NCBI GenBank assembly: GCA_010405405.1
Contig: MU004230.1
Span: forward strand, 716,627 to 780,626
Length of the DNA: 64,000 nt
Source: Microthyrium microscopicum
Lineage: Eukaryota
Direction of reading: 5' to 3'
How positions within the stretch are numbered: position 1 is the stretch's first letter; each line of letters opens with the position of its first letter. Positions 45,961 through 58,603 of the stretch are shown in pieces. Both the position numbers and the translations under genes were made by a program. The notes beneath the pieces were generated by a model that was not told the DNA's origin, made no database searches, and saw only the letters and a list, made by a program, of their open reading frames with translations.

Positions 45961-47601
45961 TCATTTGGATGGCTTTGTAGCAGCCATCAATGCTTTCAGT
46001 CCCTTCTCCATAGCCTCTCTGCCCTCGAAGGTCTGCCACACCTCATGAGGCGCCTTATTCACCACAGTCCAGTCCACCAAGTTCCTGGAAATGGTAGAAA
46101 GATCCTGTTGCTTTTTCTCCCAATCACGATCAGTCTTCGCCTCAATGCCAGATGTAACGACGACAACTGGTGTCTTCTTATCCAAAATGGCTCTAGCGGA
46201 GCCGATATCGTTCTTGGTCAACGAATCGGCGACCAGATTCTCTTGTAGTCGGGCCTTGATCAGCTTGCCACCTTGGTAAGCTGAAACACCATACACACGA
46301 TCCTCCCGAGTCCTTCCATTGAAAAGAGCACCTGGAATGCGATATAATCCGAGTGGCGAGATGATTCCATGAGCCCATAGAAGGAATCCACGACGCGGTG
46401 CGCCAACCCGGTGAAGCAAGTCTTCGTGAAGAGGGTCGACGAGCAGCAGGCCTAGGACTTCATGCATATGTATGCTTGCGAAAATTCGAGATACTATGCT
46501 ACCATAGCCTGCAGAGACCAAGACCCAGGGTCCTTCTTCTCCAGCGCGAGCAAGTGTCTCGGAAAGAATCCTTGCAGACATTCCGGCTGAATGCGGCGAT
46601 GGTGCGTTATCTGACCAAGCATAGCCAGGTCGATCCCAGTAGCAGTAGCGATGAATGGTCTTGTTGTTAAGAGTGCTGTACAGCCACGGCTCAAATGCAG
46701 CCTCGGAAGGATTCTCGCCGGATTCAAGTAAGATAGTTGGTACGCGTTTGCCGTCCTTATGGGTAACGTTTCCAACGCAGGCTAGATGGACTGAGAATTT
46801 GCCTCCATCCACACGATAACGTTCGCCGCTCATCTCCAGTGAGGCATCTCGAGCACGTATGATCAATGTGCCGGTCATGAGGACTGCGATCACTACAAAC
46901 ACTGATAGGATTATAGTTCCAAAGAGAACTTCGAGCCATTGTTTGAGAGTGCGTCGTGTCTCTTCACGACCAGTCAGTCGTTCCTCCTCTTCCTTCTTTG
47001 CTGAAGCAACCACATTGTCGGTGCCAATACACCACAGAGCGACGACACATGTCCAGACTACGGATGCGATACCAACGGGACCTTCCTCTTGACGGACCTT
47101 GGTAACGGATACGATTATTATCACATCAACAAGTAAGATGAATGATACAACGCCTAGCAGACTTCGCATAGCCTTGCTTGGTTCAGCGAAGAACAACAAT
47201 GCTACCAGAAGGTTTCCTCCAGTCAATGTGACGAAGGCAAAGTCGAAGAAACCAGATCCACGGGTATGAAGGCCAGGGGGTGATACGAAGATTGATACCA
47301 GGAGTAACACCCACCACACAAAGTTAAGTAGGAAGAAGAAGAGAGTCAAGTATCGTAGAACCCGGACGGTCCAGAGGTTGTACGGAGATACCTATATATT
47401 GTTAGCATGAATCACAGCTCAAAGGTGAAGACTTCATCTTACAGCTGGGTCGTCGGGATCAAGGTATCCATCTCTATTTGGTGGGGGCCTATGCTCGTGA
47501 AGAAGAGAAGTTCTCTCATCAGCCTCTCGATCGTGCGAAGATTGGCCGTCTCGCTCAACATCTTGAATGTCCTTGTTGGACGAGTTTCCGAGGGTTACCA
47601 T
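45961..47601 (-). CDS. Multi-TM integral membrane protein with an alpha/beta-hydrolase-like C-domain
   Basis: YLDPDDPAVSPYNLWTVR across an intron; several TM helices; YCYWDRPGYAWSD, WVLVSAGYGS. Confidence 0.85.
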
Positions 47602-47905
47602 GATTGCTGCAAGGGAGAATGTAGTCTCGGCCGGGCGAAGTTTTGGCAGCGATAGGCTATGTATAAGAGGAAGACCAGCGAGGACAATCAATGGACCCGG
47701 GATGTGGGTACGATCTGGTGATCCTGTCTGATCGCCAGGTTTGCTGCTGTTTTTGGCGTGACGTCATGGATCTGGATCGCGGTTATCCCTGCTTAGCGCC
47801 CGTCCAAGCGCGCCCCGCTAGTTCGTGGTTGGCTCCTGCCACGATTGAGATATACAGTAGTAAACATCAGAAGTGTATCACGACTTTATCGCTGCACATA
47901 TGTCA

Positions 47906-48560
47906 TTAGTCTATTGAATTCTTTCTGGAGACTCTCAATTCAGCACGCGCCAGCCTTGAAGAGATACTTATTGCACATGAGTCCCAAAGCTCTCGCATCC
48001 GCGCAGATGACAGACAACAGATGAAGCCATGTGTCACCATGATAGTTGTTTTGGCCAGCAAACCTTTCATTTGAGGTGCTGTGTGCGGCTTGACAATGTC
48101 TTCGTAGCAGGTCTCACAGACGCTGAAGTCTTTGAGCAATCTGCCATCCTTCCCTTTGATACAATCCCAGGGTCGCGTAATCACGTCGTTCTCTGTTTTG
48201 AAGCCAGATAACACGTTCCCATCTGGGCAGGACCCATCGGCATGGTGCATGGAGAGAATTTTTGACATCGATCTTGCGCCAGCTTGTGCCTCATATGAGT
48301 TGACGGCGTAGAGCCACGCTACTCTCATCCAGAATCTCGTCCCATCACAAGCAAATCCATTGGCTTATGGGTAGCTATTGGGTGGCGCGGAGACAAACGC
48401 ATATTGAGGATATGGCGCGATGGTGACATTGAATCATTGCTGGCAAAAACCGACATTATGATCGGTTGCGAGAACAATCCAGTCATTGAAGTCGGTGGTA
48501 AGCTCGGAATGTAGGCACTTTGACTCGAGGCACCTCGGGCGTCGCTGACCGGGTTGGGTA
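47906..48560 (-). pseudogene. Pseudogene of a Cys/Trp-patterned fungal protein
   Basis: One reading frame through two stops (TGA 48434-48436, TAA 48365-48367): ...DWIVL...FCQQ*...YP*...CDGTRFWMRVAW...FSVCETCYEDIVKP; 5' boundary uncertain. Confidence 0.6.
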
Positions 48561-49142
48561 TACAAGAGGCATAGTCGGTAGGAGAAGCCCACCTGCCTGA
48601 GTGCGCTGTCCGCGATATGCAAATGGTAAAATCTAAAACTAGTTCTAAAGTATTCGAGGGAGGAGTTGAGGGTGCGAAGGAAGGTCCGAAATCGTACGAA
48701 AGGCATAGCACTCCAACTGATATATGATATTACCAGCAGCACAGCTGGATTCAGGCGCCATCCACCAATAATGTCTCATACCTTGGGTCTCATGTATCAA
48801 GATGCATCGTCGCCCACCTCCGCACCGGCGGGCTGAGATCTAAGGCTCAAATGGCGCGATAGATAGCATCTGGGCGGCTGCTCTTCACTTTTGTTGAATT
48901 TGTTCAAACCGCGGCTGACGCAAGATGGGGTCTGGCAAGAGTCCGGACTGCGATTTGTGCCGTGACACGATTCCGACGCCCATCAGCCAAGTTCATGTCG
49001 TGGATGTTGAATTGACCACAGTCCATGGATCTGGTGATGGGAAGGCTCCGATCGCGGGGCATCAGCTTGGTGGGATGTGAGCCATAACTTTTTTTCTGAC
49101 CCTAACAAGGCGCAGAGCCTCACTTTCTAGCAAACACACTCA

Positions 49143-51031
49143 ATGGCTTCACATACTGCTTCTCAGAAGTATCTTAGTACCCGAGGGGGTTCCTACGGTG
49201 TAAGCGCTTCCGTTGTTCACTTCTGCAGTCTGCTAATCATCCACAGCTCAGCTTCGAAGATGCTGTCCTGAAGGGACTGGCGAACGACAGCGGACTGTTT
49301 ATTCCAGAGGACATTCCCTCATTACCGCAGAATTGGGAGAAGGAATGGCTCAATTTCTCGTTCGAAGAATTAGCATTTCAGGTCTTCAGCTTATATATTG
49401 CGCCGAGCGAAATTCCTCCCGCCGCCCTCAAAGAGATCATACACAAGTCATACTCAACGTTCAGGGAACCGGATGTAGCTCCTACAGTGTCACTAGATAG
49501 TGAGAAAAAGATATACTTATTGGAACTCTTTCATGGGCCGACGTTCGCTTTCAAAGACGTGGCGCTTCAATTCTTGGGGAATTTGTTCGAGTTCTTCCTC
49601 GTCAGGTTGGTCTTCTCTTGGATTAGATCCTCTGATTCTGACCGAGTAGGCGCAATGAAGGCAAAACTGGTAAAGACCGCGAGCATTTGACTGTGGTCGG
49701 AGCAACGAGCGGTGATACTGGTTCGGCCGCCATATACGGTCTTCGAGGAAAGAAGGATGTCTCAGTGTTCATTATGTACCCTACTGGAAAGGTAAGTCCA
49801 GTACAGGAAGCGCAGATGACTACGGTAACGGATGAAAATGGTGAGCAATCTTCAATTCGTATAATGAATGATCATCTGTATAGCTAACTGTACGAATAGT
49901 TCATTGCTTCAGCGTGGATGGCACATTTGATGACTGCCAGGTATGTAAGCTAATCCCCTATTGAGAACAGACTGTTCACAAATTGGATTAGGACTTTGTG
50001 AAGGCTCTCTTCGCCGACCCAGAGACAAATAAGACCCAGAAGCTTGCTGCTGTTAATTCTATAAATTGGGTAAATACTACAGTCACCTCAACAGCAATGT
50101 AATCTGATCATTACAGGCCCGAATCCTAGCTCAGATCACCTACTACTTTGCGTCCTACTTTTCACTCGTCCGTTCTGGTACTTTCAAGCCAGAATCTGAC
50201 AAAATACGGTTTGTCGTACCCACAGGCAACTTTGGAGATATCCTAGCCGGATATTTTGCTAAAAGAATGGGACTTCCTATTTCCAAACTCGTAATTGCTA
50301 CCAACGAAAATGACATCCTTCACCGTTTCTGGCAAACTGGCGCCTACGAGAAGCATCCTGTTCATGGTGCCGCTGCAGAGGGTGGTCTGAAGGAAGACGG
50401 AGTCAAGGCTCATGAGGAAGGAGTGAAAGAGACGCTTGCACCAGCCATGGATATCCTAGTGAGCAGCAATTTCGAAAGACTACTTTGGTTTCTTGCGTAC
50501 GATATCTATGGCTCCAGTGCGTCAGATCTGAAAGAGAAGAGACAGGTCGCAGGCTCGAAGGTCAAAGAGTGGCAAACTGATCTCAAGACGAGCGGAGGTT
50601 TCAGCGTAGAGAAGAAGCTCTTAGATGCGGCGAAAGCTGATTTTGAGTCAGAAAGAGTATCTGATAAAGAAACTCTCCTAACTATCCGCGATGTCTATGG
50701 TTGGTCCAACACTCCAGGTGGAAATTACATTCTCGATCCTCATTCTGCCATCGCCGTAAACGCGGCACTACGATCAGCCAAAGTCGCCCCAGGCGAATAC
50801 AATGTAGCACTTTCAACAGCGCATCCAGCGAAATTCAGCCATGCCGTAGAAATGGCACTGGTGGATGAGAAGGAATTCCAATTCAAGGATGTCTTACCTT
50901 CAGAGTTTGTTGGCCTCGAGGACCTTCCACGTAGACTCATACACGTGAAGAAGAGCGGCGGACTGGATGGCGTAAGAAAGCTCATCATTGACGAGGTTGA
51001 AAAGGAATTGAAGAGTGGAGCGCGTTCATAA
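49143..51031 (+). CDS. THR4: Threonine synthase
   Basis: YLSTRG, ELFHGPTFAFKDVALQ (PLP lysine), GATSGDTGSAA, NSINWARI, PTGNFGD, STAHPAKF; five introns. Confidence 0.97.
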
Positions 51032-51564
51032 TGTGACCGCATACAAAAGTTATTGGCCTTCAAATTCATTTTAGGATAGATCTAGACTTCATTCCAAACC
51101 TCAATTCATCACTGCTTCACAACCACTTTAGAGTGTCACTGCTTTGTTGTAGCTGACGGAAGCTACGTCAAGAAAGATATCACCACTTCTCTGGTATAGT
51201 CTAATAGAAGTTATAGGTTCACGGGACCTTTCTTTGCATATCCCACCTGAGCCACATCTATATCATACTTCAAGACATGTATTGTATAGCAGTGTTGCTC
51301 AACACTGTAGCAACTAAAACACTGCAAATTTGTCGCCCCGATTCTAAAGCTTCAAGCTTTCAAACGCACGCTACATAAACAACACGACCTGAGCATTATA
51401 TATGCAAATGACATCAAATACAGGTGCAGAGTCTTGACCACCGACATACTGATACTCCTGGCAAATCCCGCCGATTATAGCTCGCAACAACACCATTTTA
51501 AGGCAAATCGCCGTACCCCCCGACCTGCGAATTTAAATTCTCTCGCTCTGGTAAAAATTGCACG

Positions 51565-52047
51565 ATGCCAGTCGAGGAGAAAAAGCAGCGATCCCCCAAT
51601 GTCGCTGAACAGTGGCCGCTCCCGCCCATGCCCACAGAAGCTGATCACAGACCTCTAATGTTCACTGTAGTAGTCTACGCACCAAGCGACAGAATGCAGG
51701 AAATGAATTGGGCATTTCACGTCCACGATCAGCAAATTGAGCATCACTCACTGCATGGGCTCGCAGCTCGGATCGGGTCGTTCGAAGACTTGGGGTCACG
51801 CGGTGACCCAGCCTTGTCTCGTCGATACCGAACATCAGTGTATGTTGGAGTTACAGATAGGCAGAATTATGGGTTATTACAGGAAGCTTTGTATGAAGTT
51901 CAGTGCTGCTTTAGAACGGGACATCGCTCGTGGAACGACCGGCAGTATGTTGTGCAGCTTATGATGTTATTAGGGGAGAAGGGTATCTTGGAAACAGACG
52001 ATGAGGATTATCAAAGAGCGATGGCGTTGCTATTAAGTCGAATCTAA
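51565..52047 (+). CDS. Hypothetical protein
   Basis: 160-aa ATG ORF with globular-looking composition. Confidence 0.55.
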   Translation: MPVEEKKQRSPNVAEQWPLPPMPTEADHRPLMFTVVVYAPSDRMQEMNWAFHVHDQQIEHHSLHGLAARIGSFEDLGSRGDPALSRRYRTSVYVGVTDRQNYGLLQEALYEVQCCFRTGHRSWNDRQYVVQLMMLLGEKGILETDDEDYQRAMALLLSRI

Positions 52048-52780
52048 TGTTTGCAGATGGGAGTATGTGGTTGTTATTTACTAGGATATACTATGTTCGG
52101 TCGTCATTTATGCAAAGCTTTGCGCAGAAGTCTGGAAATACCAGAGTGCGAAGTATTTTGGAATTGAGATTTATATTGGTTATACCTGATCAATCATAAC
52201 TTCTATGAAAAGTGATTTGGCTCTGCTGCGCTAAAAGTGTCTAATACATAAGCCCGACCTTTGGTATTGAACTATTAGACTTTCTGAGTTATCTCGCCAG
52301 CATTCAAGACTCTCTTCCATGTTGACCACCCCACAAAACCAAGACCGCTCATTATTCGATACGCTGACTGCTCTGCTTGATGAAAGCCCTGGAATATCAT
52401 CTCATGCAACAAAAGAAGAGCCAGTGAAGGTTGATTATCTTTCGTATACGTCGGAATTTCAGCGGAGTAGCCATAAGTTTTAGTGTTCTCTGCGAACGGA
52501 AGTCAAATGAATAGTGTTTGATCGCTCGCCCTTAGCAAGGTTGAGCATTTCTCTCTCTCCCAAGATAACAGGTCGACAGACAAAGGTGACATATTTGATA
52601 AGGAATATAAAGATCGAAGCACTGACTTGGAGGGGTAACTGTTCTGTTGACTAGGAACTGTTCTAGTACCTTCAATTTACAAAAGACTTTCTTCTACACT
52701 ACCAAGACTAACATCAGCCTAGCACGAGATAGACGTGCTGGCCTCTTGGTCTCTTTCAAGGATTGCCCTTGATCTTTATC

Positions 52781-54337
52781 ATGGTCTTTACCTCCACTAC
52801 TCTGGTCTGGCTACCGATCGGAATAGTCATATTCTATGTCAGCTACCAAAGACTTTTCCATCCATTGGCCAAATTCAAAGGTCCTTTTTTGGCCTCATTG
52901 ACAGGATATTGGCGAGTCTATCACGAACTGAAAGGAGACCTTCCCCAAACCATATATCACTACCACCAAAGATACGGCCAGTTCGTTCGTGTTGCACCAA
53001 ACGAGATCAGCACAATTTCCCCTGATTTTGTCGACGTTGTCTTGAAAGGGGGACCAAAATTTATCAAGTCTAGCTTTTATGATGGCTCAGGAGATGAAAA
53101 ACCGAACATTTTCAATGTCAAAAATGAAGCTCTTCACAAGCTACGCCATCGGCAAATGGCTCCTGCATTTTCAGTAGTATCCTTAACGAAAATGGAATAC
53201 ATATTCGACAGGCATGCTTTCGTCATGATCAAGAAGCTGGATCAAATTGCCAAATCCGGAAGACCTGTTGATCTGACAGAAATATTCAAGTTCTTTGCTC
53301 ATGATACTAACGGCGAGCTATCTTTTTCCAAGCAATATCATCTTCAAGAACAAGGAAAATTGAGTCTCTGGCCTCCAATGAACGTTTACATCATCATGGG
53401 AAATATTTGTGGTTATGTTCCAGGACTATTTGATCCTCTCCAAAAGCTTGGTCCCTTCGTTCCATACTTGCGCAAGTTCAACCGCTCCAGAGATTCTCTG
53501 GTGGAGGACGCGATGAAGAATGCGACTATCGAGTTTGAGAAACGCAGGGTCCATAACGTAGAAGCAACATTTGAAGATAAAAGCGAATCAAGAATCAACT
53601 TACTCACATCACTAGTCATGGCTCAGGACCCAGAATCCGGAGAAATGCTGGACCTCGCAGATATTGCCAAAGAAGCCATTTCTTTTGTCGTTGCAGGATC
53701 CCATTCGACATCGGCATCCATGAGTTTTCTGTTTGCGGCGCTGCTTCGATATCCAGAGATCCTCAAAAAGGTACAAGATGAAATTAAGGCATCGATGTCA
53801 CTGCAAGACAACTCAGTGGATCTTGATGGAGAGTTTCTACCTTCTTGGGCAGGTCTACAAAGCAAACTACCCTATCTCAGCGCAGTGCTCAAAGAGTCCT
53901 TCAGACTGTACCCGACCGTGAACCAACCGTTGGCTCGAGTGATTCCCCCAAGCGGAGTCCAACTTGAGCAGACCGTTTTCTCTTCAGGCACAATAATCAG
54001 CGCTTCCGCCTATGTCGTAGGACGGAACCAAAAGATTTGGGGCGCAAATGCTACCGATTTCAAGCCTGATAGATGGCTGTCAGAAGATGCGCGAGGAAAA
54101 GACAAGTATTTGCTCCATTTTGGCCAGGGTCATCGCTCATGCATAGCGAAGAACCAAGCTCTCATAACTCTATGGAAGGGAACTGTGGCTATCCTCCAGC
54201 GATTTAAGCTCTCTCCTGTTGATCGTGAGGGAGAGCAGAGGGTGGTCGGGGAAATACAGCTGAATGCACAAGGCTTCGCTGAGCCAACAGAACCGCTTCT
54301 GGTAACAATTTCTGAGCAGAGCCGATGTATGAAGTGA
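52781..54337 (+). CDS. Cytochrome P450
   Basis: N-terminal TM, HPLAKFKGP, AGSHSTS (I-helix), KESFR (ExxR), FKPDRW, FGQGHRSCIA heme motif; intronless. Confidence 0.95.
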   Translation: MVFTSTTLVWLPIGIVIFYVSYQRLFHPLAKFKGPFLASLTGYWRVYHELKGDLPQTIYHYHQRYGQFVRVAPNEISTISPDFVDVVLKGGPKFIKSSFYDGSGDEKPNIFNVKNEALHKLRHRQMAPAFSVVSLTKMEYIFDRHAFVMIKKLDQIAKSGRPVDLTEIFKFFAHDTNGELSFSKQYHLQEQGKLSLWPPMNVYIIMGNICGYVPGLFDPLQKLGPFVPYLRKFNRSRDSLVEDAMKNATIEFEKRRVHNVEATFEDKSESRINLLTSLVMAQDPESGEMLDLADIAKEAISFVVAGSHSTSASMSFLFAALLRYPEILKKVQDEIKASMSLQDNSVDLDGEFLPSWAGLQSKLPYLSAVLKESFRLYPTVNQPLARVIPPSGVQLEQTVFSSGTIISASAYVVGRNQKIWGANATDFKPDRWLSEDARGKDKYLLHFGQGHRSCIAKNQALITLWKGTVAILQRFKLSPVDREGEQRVVGEIQLNAQGFAEPTEPLLVTISEQSRCMK

Positions 54338-54969
54338 CCAAGAGGTGTTTTTTGTTCAGGAGACTCTAATGAGTCTGATGTATACTTTTCAATAATCAAA
54401 AAGCTCAAGGTCGTTTCTAAAACCTGCAGTGACATCTAAGCTACGAAAAGTACGATAACTTGTAGGCGAGTCTCAACTTCTCAGAGTTGCCACCGAAGTT
54501 CATACTTCTCGGTTGGAATTTATGTATACTCACAGGACAATTTGAGGCGATCGAAACTGTTAGTATCAAGAATTTTATTCCTAAAGTTTCTAAGACTGCA
54601 TGCATGTGGGCAAAATCAATTGATATGTCAGATGTGTAAGAATTAGTTGCTGCCTTATATGCCTGAGGATCACAATGCATTCTTACATCACATGCATAAG
54701 CCGATGACCTGATATGTAATCGGGGTCTTCTCCGAAGGACAGTAATCTTTTTTCGGACATATGCGTTTAAGGCCTACAGAGAATTTGCAGCTCTGAAGCC
54801 TCTTGTTGACATGTCTGAATCGGTCATTCTGCCAGACGCTCCTGTAGTGCTTGTGCATAGAGGATGGAGTTCGAAGAACAATGGCACCGAGAGAACTACG
54901 ATCAATGTCGGATCCAAGGCACTCAAGACGTTGCACAAGCCTTCAGGAAGGAAAGGAGTGTCGTCGATC

Positions 54970-56548
54970 ATGGCTAGTAGTAAGCCGTCAACTACATTTG
55001 AGTTTGTTCACATGTATTCCCCTTCCACAAGTTCCACTCGAAAGACCGTAGGAAAATTGCCTGCTCGAGCAACCAAGAAGCGACCTCGAACAATTGAGAA
55101 AAAACCCCTTAAAAAGACCCAGGAGACAAAAGCTGTGGAAAAGGTTGTTGATGTCGAGATCGCGAACAGCACGTCTTTGGTGACAAAATCTGCCCAGAAC
55201 TATGATCAATTGTCACACTTGAGTTATGTTTGTCCAGGATCTGCAACCATGTTTTATGGAGGCGGATTCCCTTTCAAGATGAATGCCCAACTACCTGCAT
55301 TGATAAACGTTTGTAAGATAGCTTTTGTCCTAAACTTGATGAAAGGCTCATTAGTCGCACAGATCTAGGGGAAATGGGCACATACTTATACCCTATGGGC
55401 TCTCTTTACCAATACAACCTCCTCCGAGATGGGTGGTATCATCTCGCTCTGACAGACGAAATGTTCTTTACTGCAACTATATGGTCTGCAACAGACTTCC
55501 TCATGAATCGTGGACACTCAGCATACGAAAATCTCAAAGCAGCATTGGAGGCGTCTCTTCTTCAACAATTACGAGATCGAATCACATCTGAGGGTGAGGC
55601 ATCGGATGCAACATTAGGCTCTGTGAGTTGTTTGGCAATGACAGGTGTAAGCTCTCAGCCCCTATTTGTAGTTCGGAACTAAAATCAGCATATAGAGCTG
55701 CAGAGGCGATCCAGAGTTCTGGTCTGGCCACATGAAAGGCATGGCGATACTAATGGCCTCAAGAGGCGGCCCGGCGTCTATCGACACTGCTACTCGGATC
55801 AAACTGTATCGGTAAGCTTGAGTCGTCCATTCAAACTCGGTAACTAACATAGCCTGAAAGAGCTGACACAGACGGAGCCGTTGAAGCTATCAGGCAGCCG
55901 TTTCTTCCGCCGTTGCCAAGATCTAGACTGTCGCTTTGCTTGGAACTCTTAGATATCGTGGAAACTAATGATGCCTTAACGGAGATCGTAGGAAGCTCTG
56001 GATTGATCGCGACACTGGCATGCATCATGCAGAAGATCCGGCAACTTTCAATTGCCTTGAACAACACTTTCGCTGGCCAGTCGTCACCAGTCGATCCGTA
56101 TGCGGTAGAAGAGGATACTATGATCATGGAGCGAGAACTTCTTGGAATACTCATGCTGGAACCGACCATTGATGGACCCAACCAAGCTTGTATTCTCGGC
56201 TGCCTAATATATCTCAGGACTTTAACACGCCCACTAAATGTATGGAGAAAGCTCTTGAACCCGTTGGCGGGGAAACTGAAGGTCGCTATGGACGATGAAC
56301 TTACTCGTACCGTCATGGACGACCGTCTAGTTCGGTGGTTATCTTTCCTTGGAGTAATGTGTTCTAGTGATAGGTCACTACGTGGTTGGTTCGTAAGAAC
56401 CTTGAAAGAAGCGACTCTTGGAAGTTCTGGCTCCTTGCCTGACTGGAAACACATGACACAGGATCTGGAAGAGATATCTTGGGTCAAAAACATACACGAG
56501 GAGCCAGGCAAAGCACACTGGCTGGTTGAGATGAGCTTGGACGAGTGA
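54970..56548 (+). CDS. Fungal-specific transcription-factor-domain-like protein, no Zn2Cys6 cluster seen
   Basis: N-terminal FEFV motif, ALTDEMFFTA, HMKGM..LMASRGG, C-terminal RWLSFLG...W.FV...L; three introns. Confidence 0.65.
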
Positions 56549-56641
56549 GTATTGTTTCGTAAATTTACACAATACAATTTTCGACTAGATACAAGAGACT
56601 TTGTAACAAACTTCGACAACCGCGGAGCTTTTACTGATCAC

Positions 56642-57568
56642 TCATAACTTCATGAGTCTGTCATCCCCTACACCGTCCAGGAATCGAGCAACATCGGTAG
56701 CTACCCACTCGGCATGTTGCCAGATGAAACCATGTCCGGCCACTGGATAGATTATGAGCTGGGATCCTGGGATCCTGGCATGAAGCTCCCAGCTCCTGGT
56801 CGTGGGAATGAGTCGATCATCATCTCCGTTCAAAACCAAAACTGGCATCTTCAATTCATGTAGGCGCTCAAACGAGTTCGTTGTGTTCGGTGTGATCCAA
56901 TCTCCGAATGTTATGAACTGGTTCTCGGCTTTTTTGTGGTCTAAGAGTGTCAAAATCAAAGGTTCATCAATCACATTGCGTGTTTGGATCGAGTCCCAAT
57001 ACTTTTTTGCTGATTGGCGGCCAGCGTCTGTGTCATAGAAGAAGCTGAATGCAATGGCGCGGGCTGCTTCGTCGGCGGTCTTGACATCTGCAGCGAGCAT
57101 CTCAATGTGCTCCTTAGGAGGTTGAACCCGCGGCCAAACAATTCCTTCTCCAGTCTCATCGGCTGGTGGCTGCGAGGCGGTGGTACCGGCAACGATCAAT
57201 TTACGAACCAGCTGTGGTGCTGTCAGTGCCACCATCTGTACGGCAGCCCCTCCCATGGAGAACCCAAGCAAGTCGATTTTGTTGAGATGGAGAGCATCGC
57301 AAAGGGCGATGACATTGGCCGCCCAGCCTTGGAATGAGGTGGCCACTTCACCACTACTACGCCCAACTCCGGACTGGTCGAAGATGATGACCGGCCTGGT
57401 GGCTGCAAGGGCATTGATCAGGAGCGGATCCCAATAGTCCATGTTACCACGATAGTGGATGTGAAGAACAAGTGGAATGCCATCTTTGGTGCCGAGTTGT
57501 CGAAATGCAAAGCGAACGCCATTGGCAGCGTCCACGTATTGAGTTCTGGTGGCCTGTAGTGTTGTCAT
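56642..57568 (-). CDS. Alpha/beta hydrolase
   Basis: GFSMGG nucleophile elbow, VLNGDDD, GHGF; intronless; probable start MTTLQ. Confidence 0.92.
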   Translation of the reverse strand: MTTLQATRTQYVDAANGVRFAFRQLGTKDGIPLVLHIHYRGNMDYWDPLLINALAATRPVIIFDQSGVGRSSGEVATSFQGWAANVIALCDALHLNKIDLLGFSMGGAAVQMVALTAPQLVRKLIVAGTTASQPPADETGEGIVWPRVQPPKEHIEMLAADVKTADEAARAIAFSFFYDTDAGRQSAKKYWDSIQTRNVIDEPLILTLLDHKKAENQFITFGDWITPNTTNSFERLHELKMPVLVLNGDDDRLIPTTRSWELHARIPGSQLIIYPVAGHGFIWQHAEWVATDVARFLDGVGDDRLMKL

Positions 57569-58603
57569 CTTGTTTGGTGGTTGATGATTGTTGGAAGTTT
57601 GATTGGATGTCTGCATGATATCTGAATCTTTAGATTGTATGTGAATGAATGGAAGAGACAAAAGTCAAGGAGTCCCATCTCCCTTTAAGTACACATTACG
57701 CGATAAGACCTTTAGTATCAATCCTAAATGAGAGCAGTGATGAAGGCTTTTGATCCATTCTAATCGAAACTGAGAGCGAGGGCGATTAGTGGGAATGAAG
57801 TCCTGTCAACATAATGATATCTCCACCAAATAGGCAAAGTCCGCCAAATGCAGACTCAAGCGACACGAGCGATGCCCTTCCCAATGGGGCAATATCTGCC
57901 CGTTATGGTTAGCGTTCTGGGCTTGATCAGTCATGAACAGCGTTAAGACGCTTGAGGTTCACTGTATTTAGCAGAGCTTATACAATCATAAAGCTTCTCT
58001 CCTCATTAGAGCAAAGATTTCCTTTTCAGAGCAAAGTCTTTTCATCCAAATCGGGTTCGAACAAATTGATTGCAAACAGGTTGTTATTCTCCGTTGATCA
58101 CTATATCAGAGCAACTCAAAGTACACTCTGCTCGTGTTATAATCACGTCAGATCTTCCGTGCCAGGACTTTTCAAAGCCCTGGGCCTGCGAATGGCATGA
58201 ACGAAGATAGATATCTCCTAGATGTCTTTCATGTTTAGATCTCTCTTCGCAATGGGACTTTGCTTGTTACAGTGCCAGGAGGTAGGCACAGTCAAAATTG
58301 AGACTCAAAATTCGGTCGCTTCTGATGTTCCTCTAGATAAGCATGCGGAAGTTCATGTTATGACATGAAAATTCTAGGAACAAATAAACGCGAGAAAAAG
58401 GCGAAAGAAGAAGATGTTGAAGTCTGTTGGTGGGGCTAAGGCGACCTCCATCCAAGTCAGCATCAAGATCCGGCTTGACCTCATCTCACTTCCCCAATGG
58501 ACACATTGGCCTTCACTTTGAGCGTAAACGGGCATATCAGACCCGTCACGTTCAAATTCTCAACACCTGCCAATTCCCAATCTCCTATTCTCATAATAAA
58601 ATC

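Noticed and set aside
48434..48445. CxxU (selenocysteine) or A-to-I stop-correction reading of CQQ-TGA
   Set aside because: Ascomycetes are not known to have Sec machinery, a second TAA stop follows in frame, and editing would give Trp where Cys is expected
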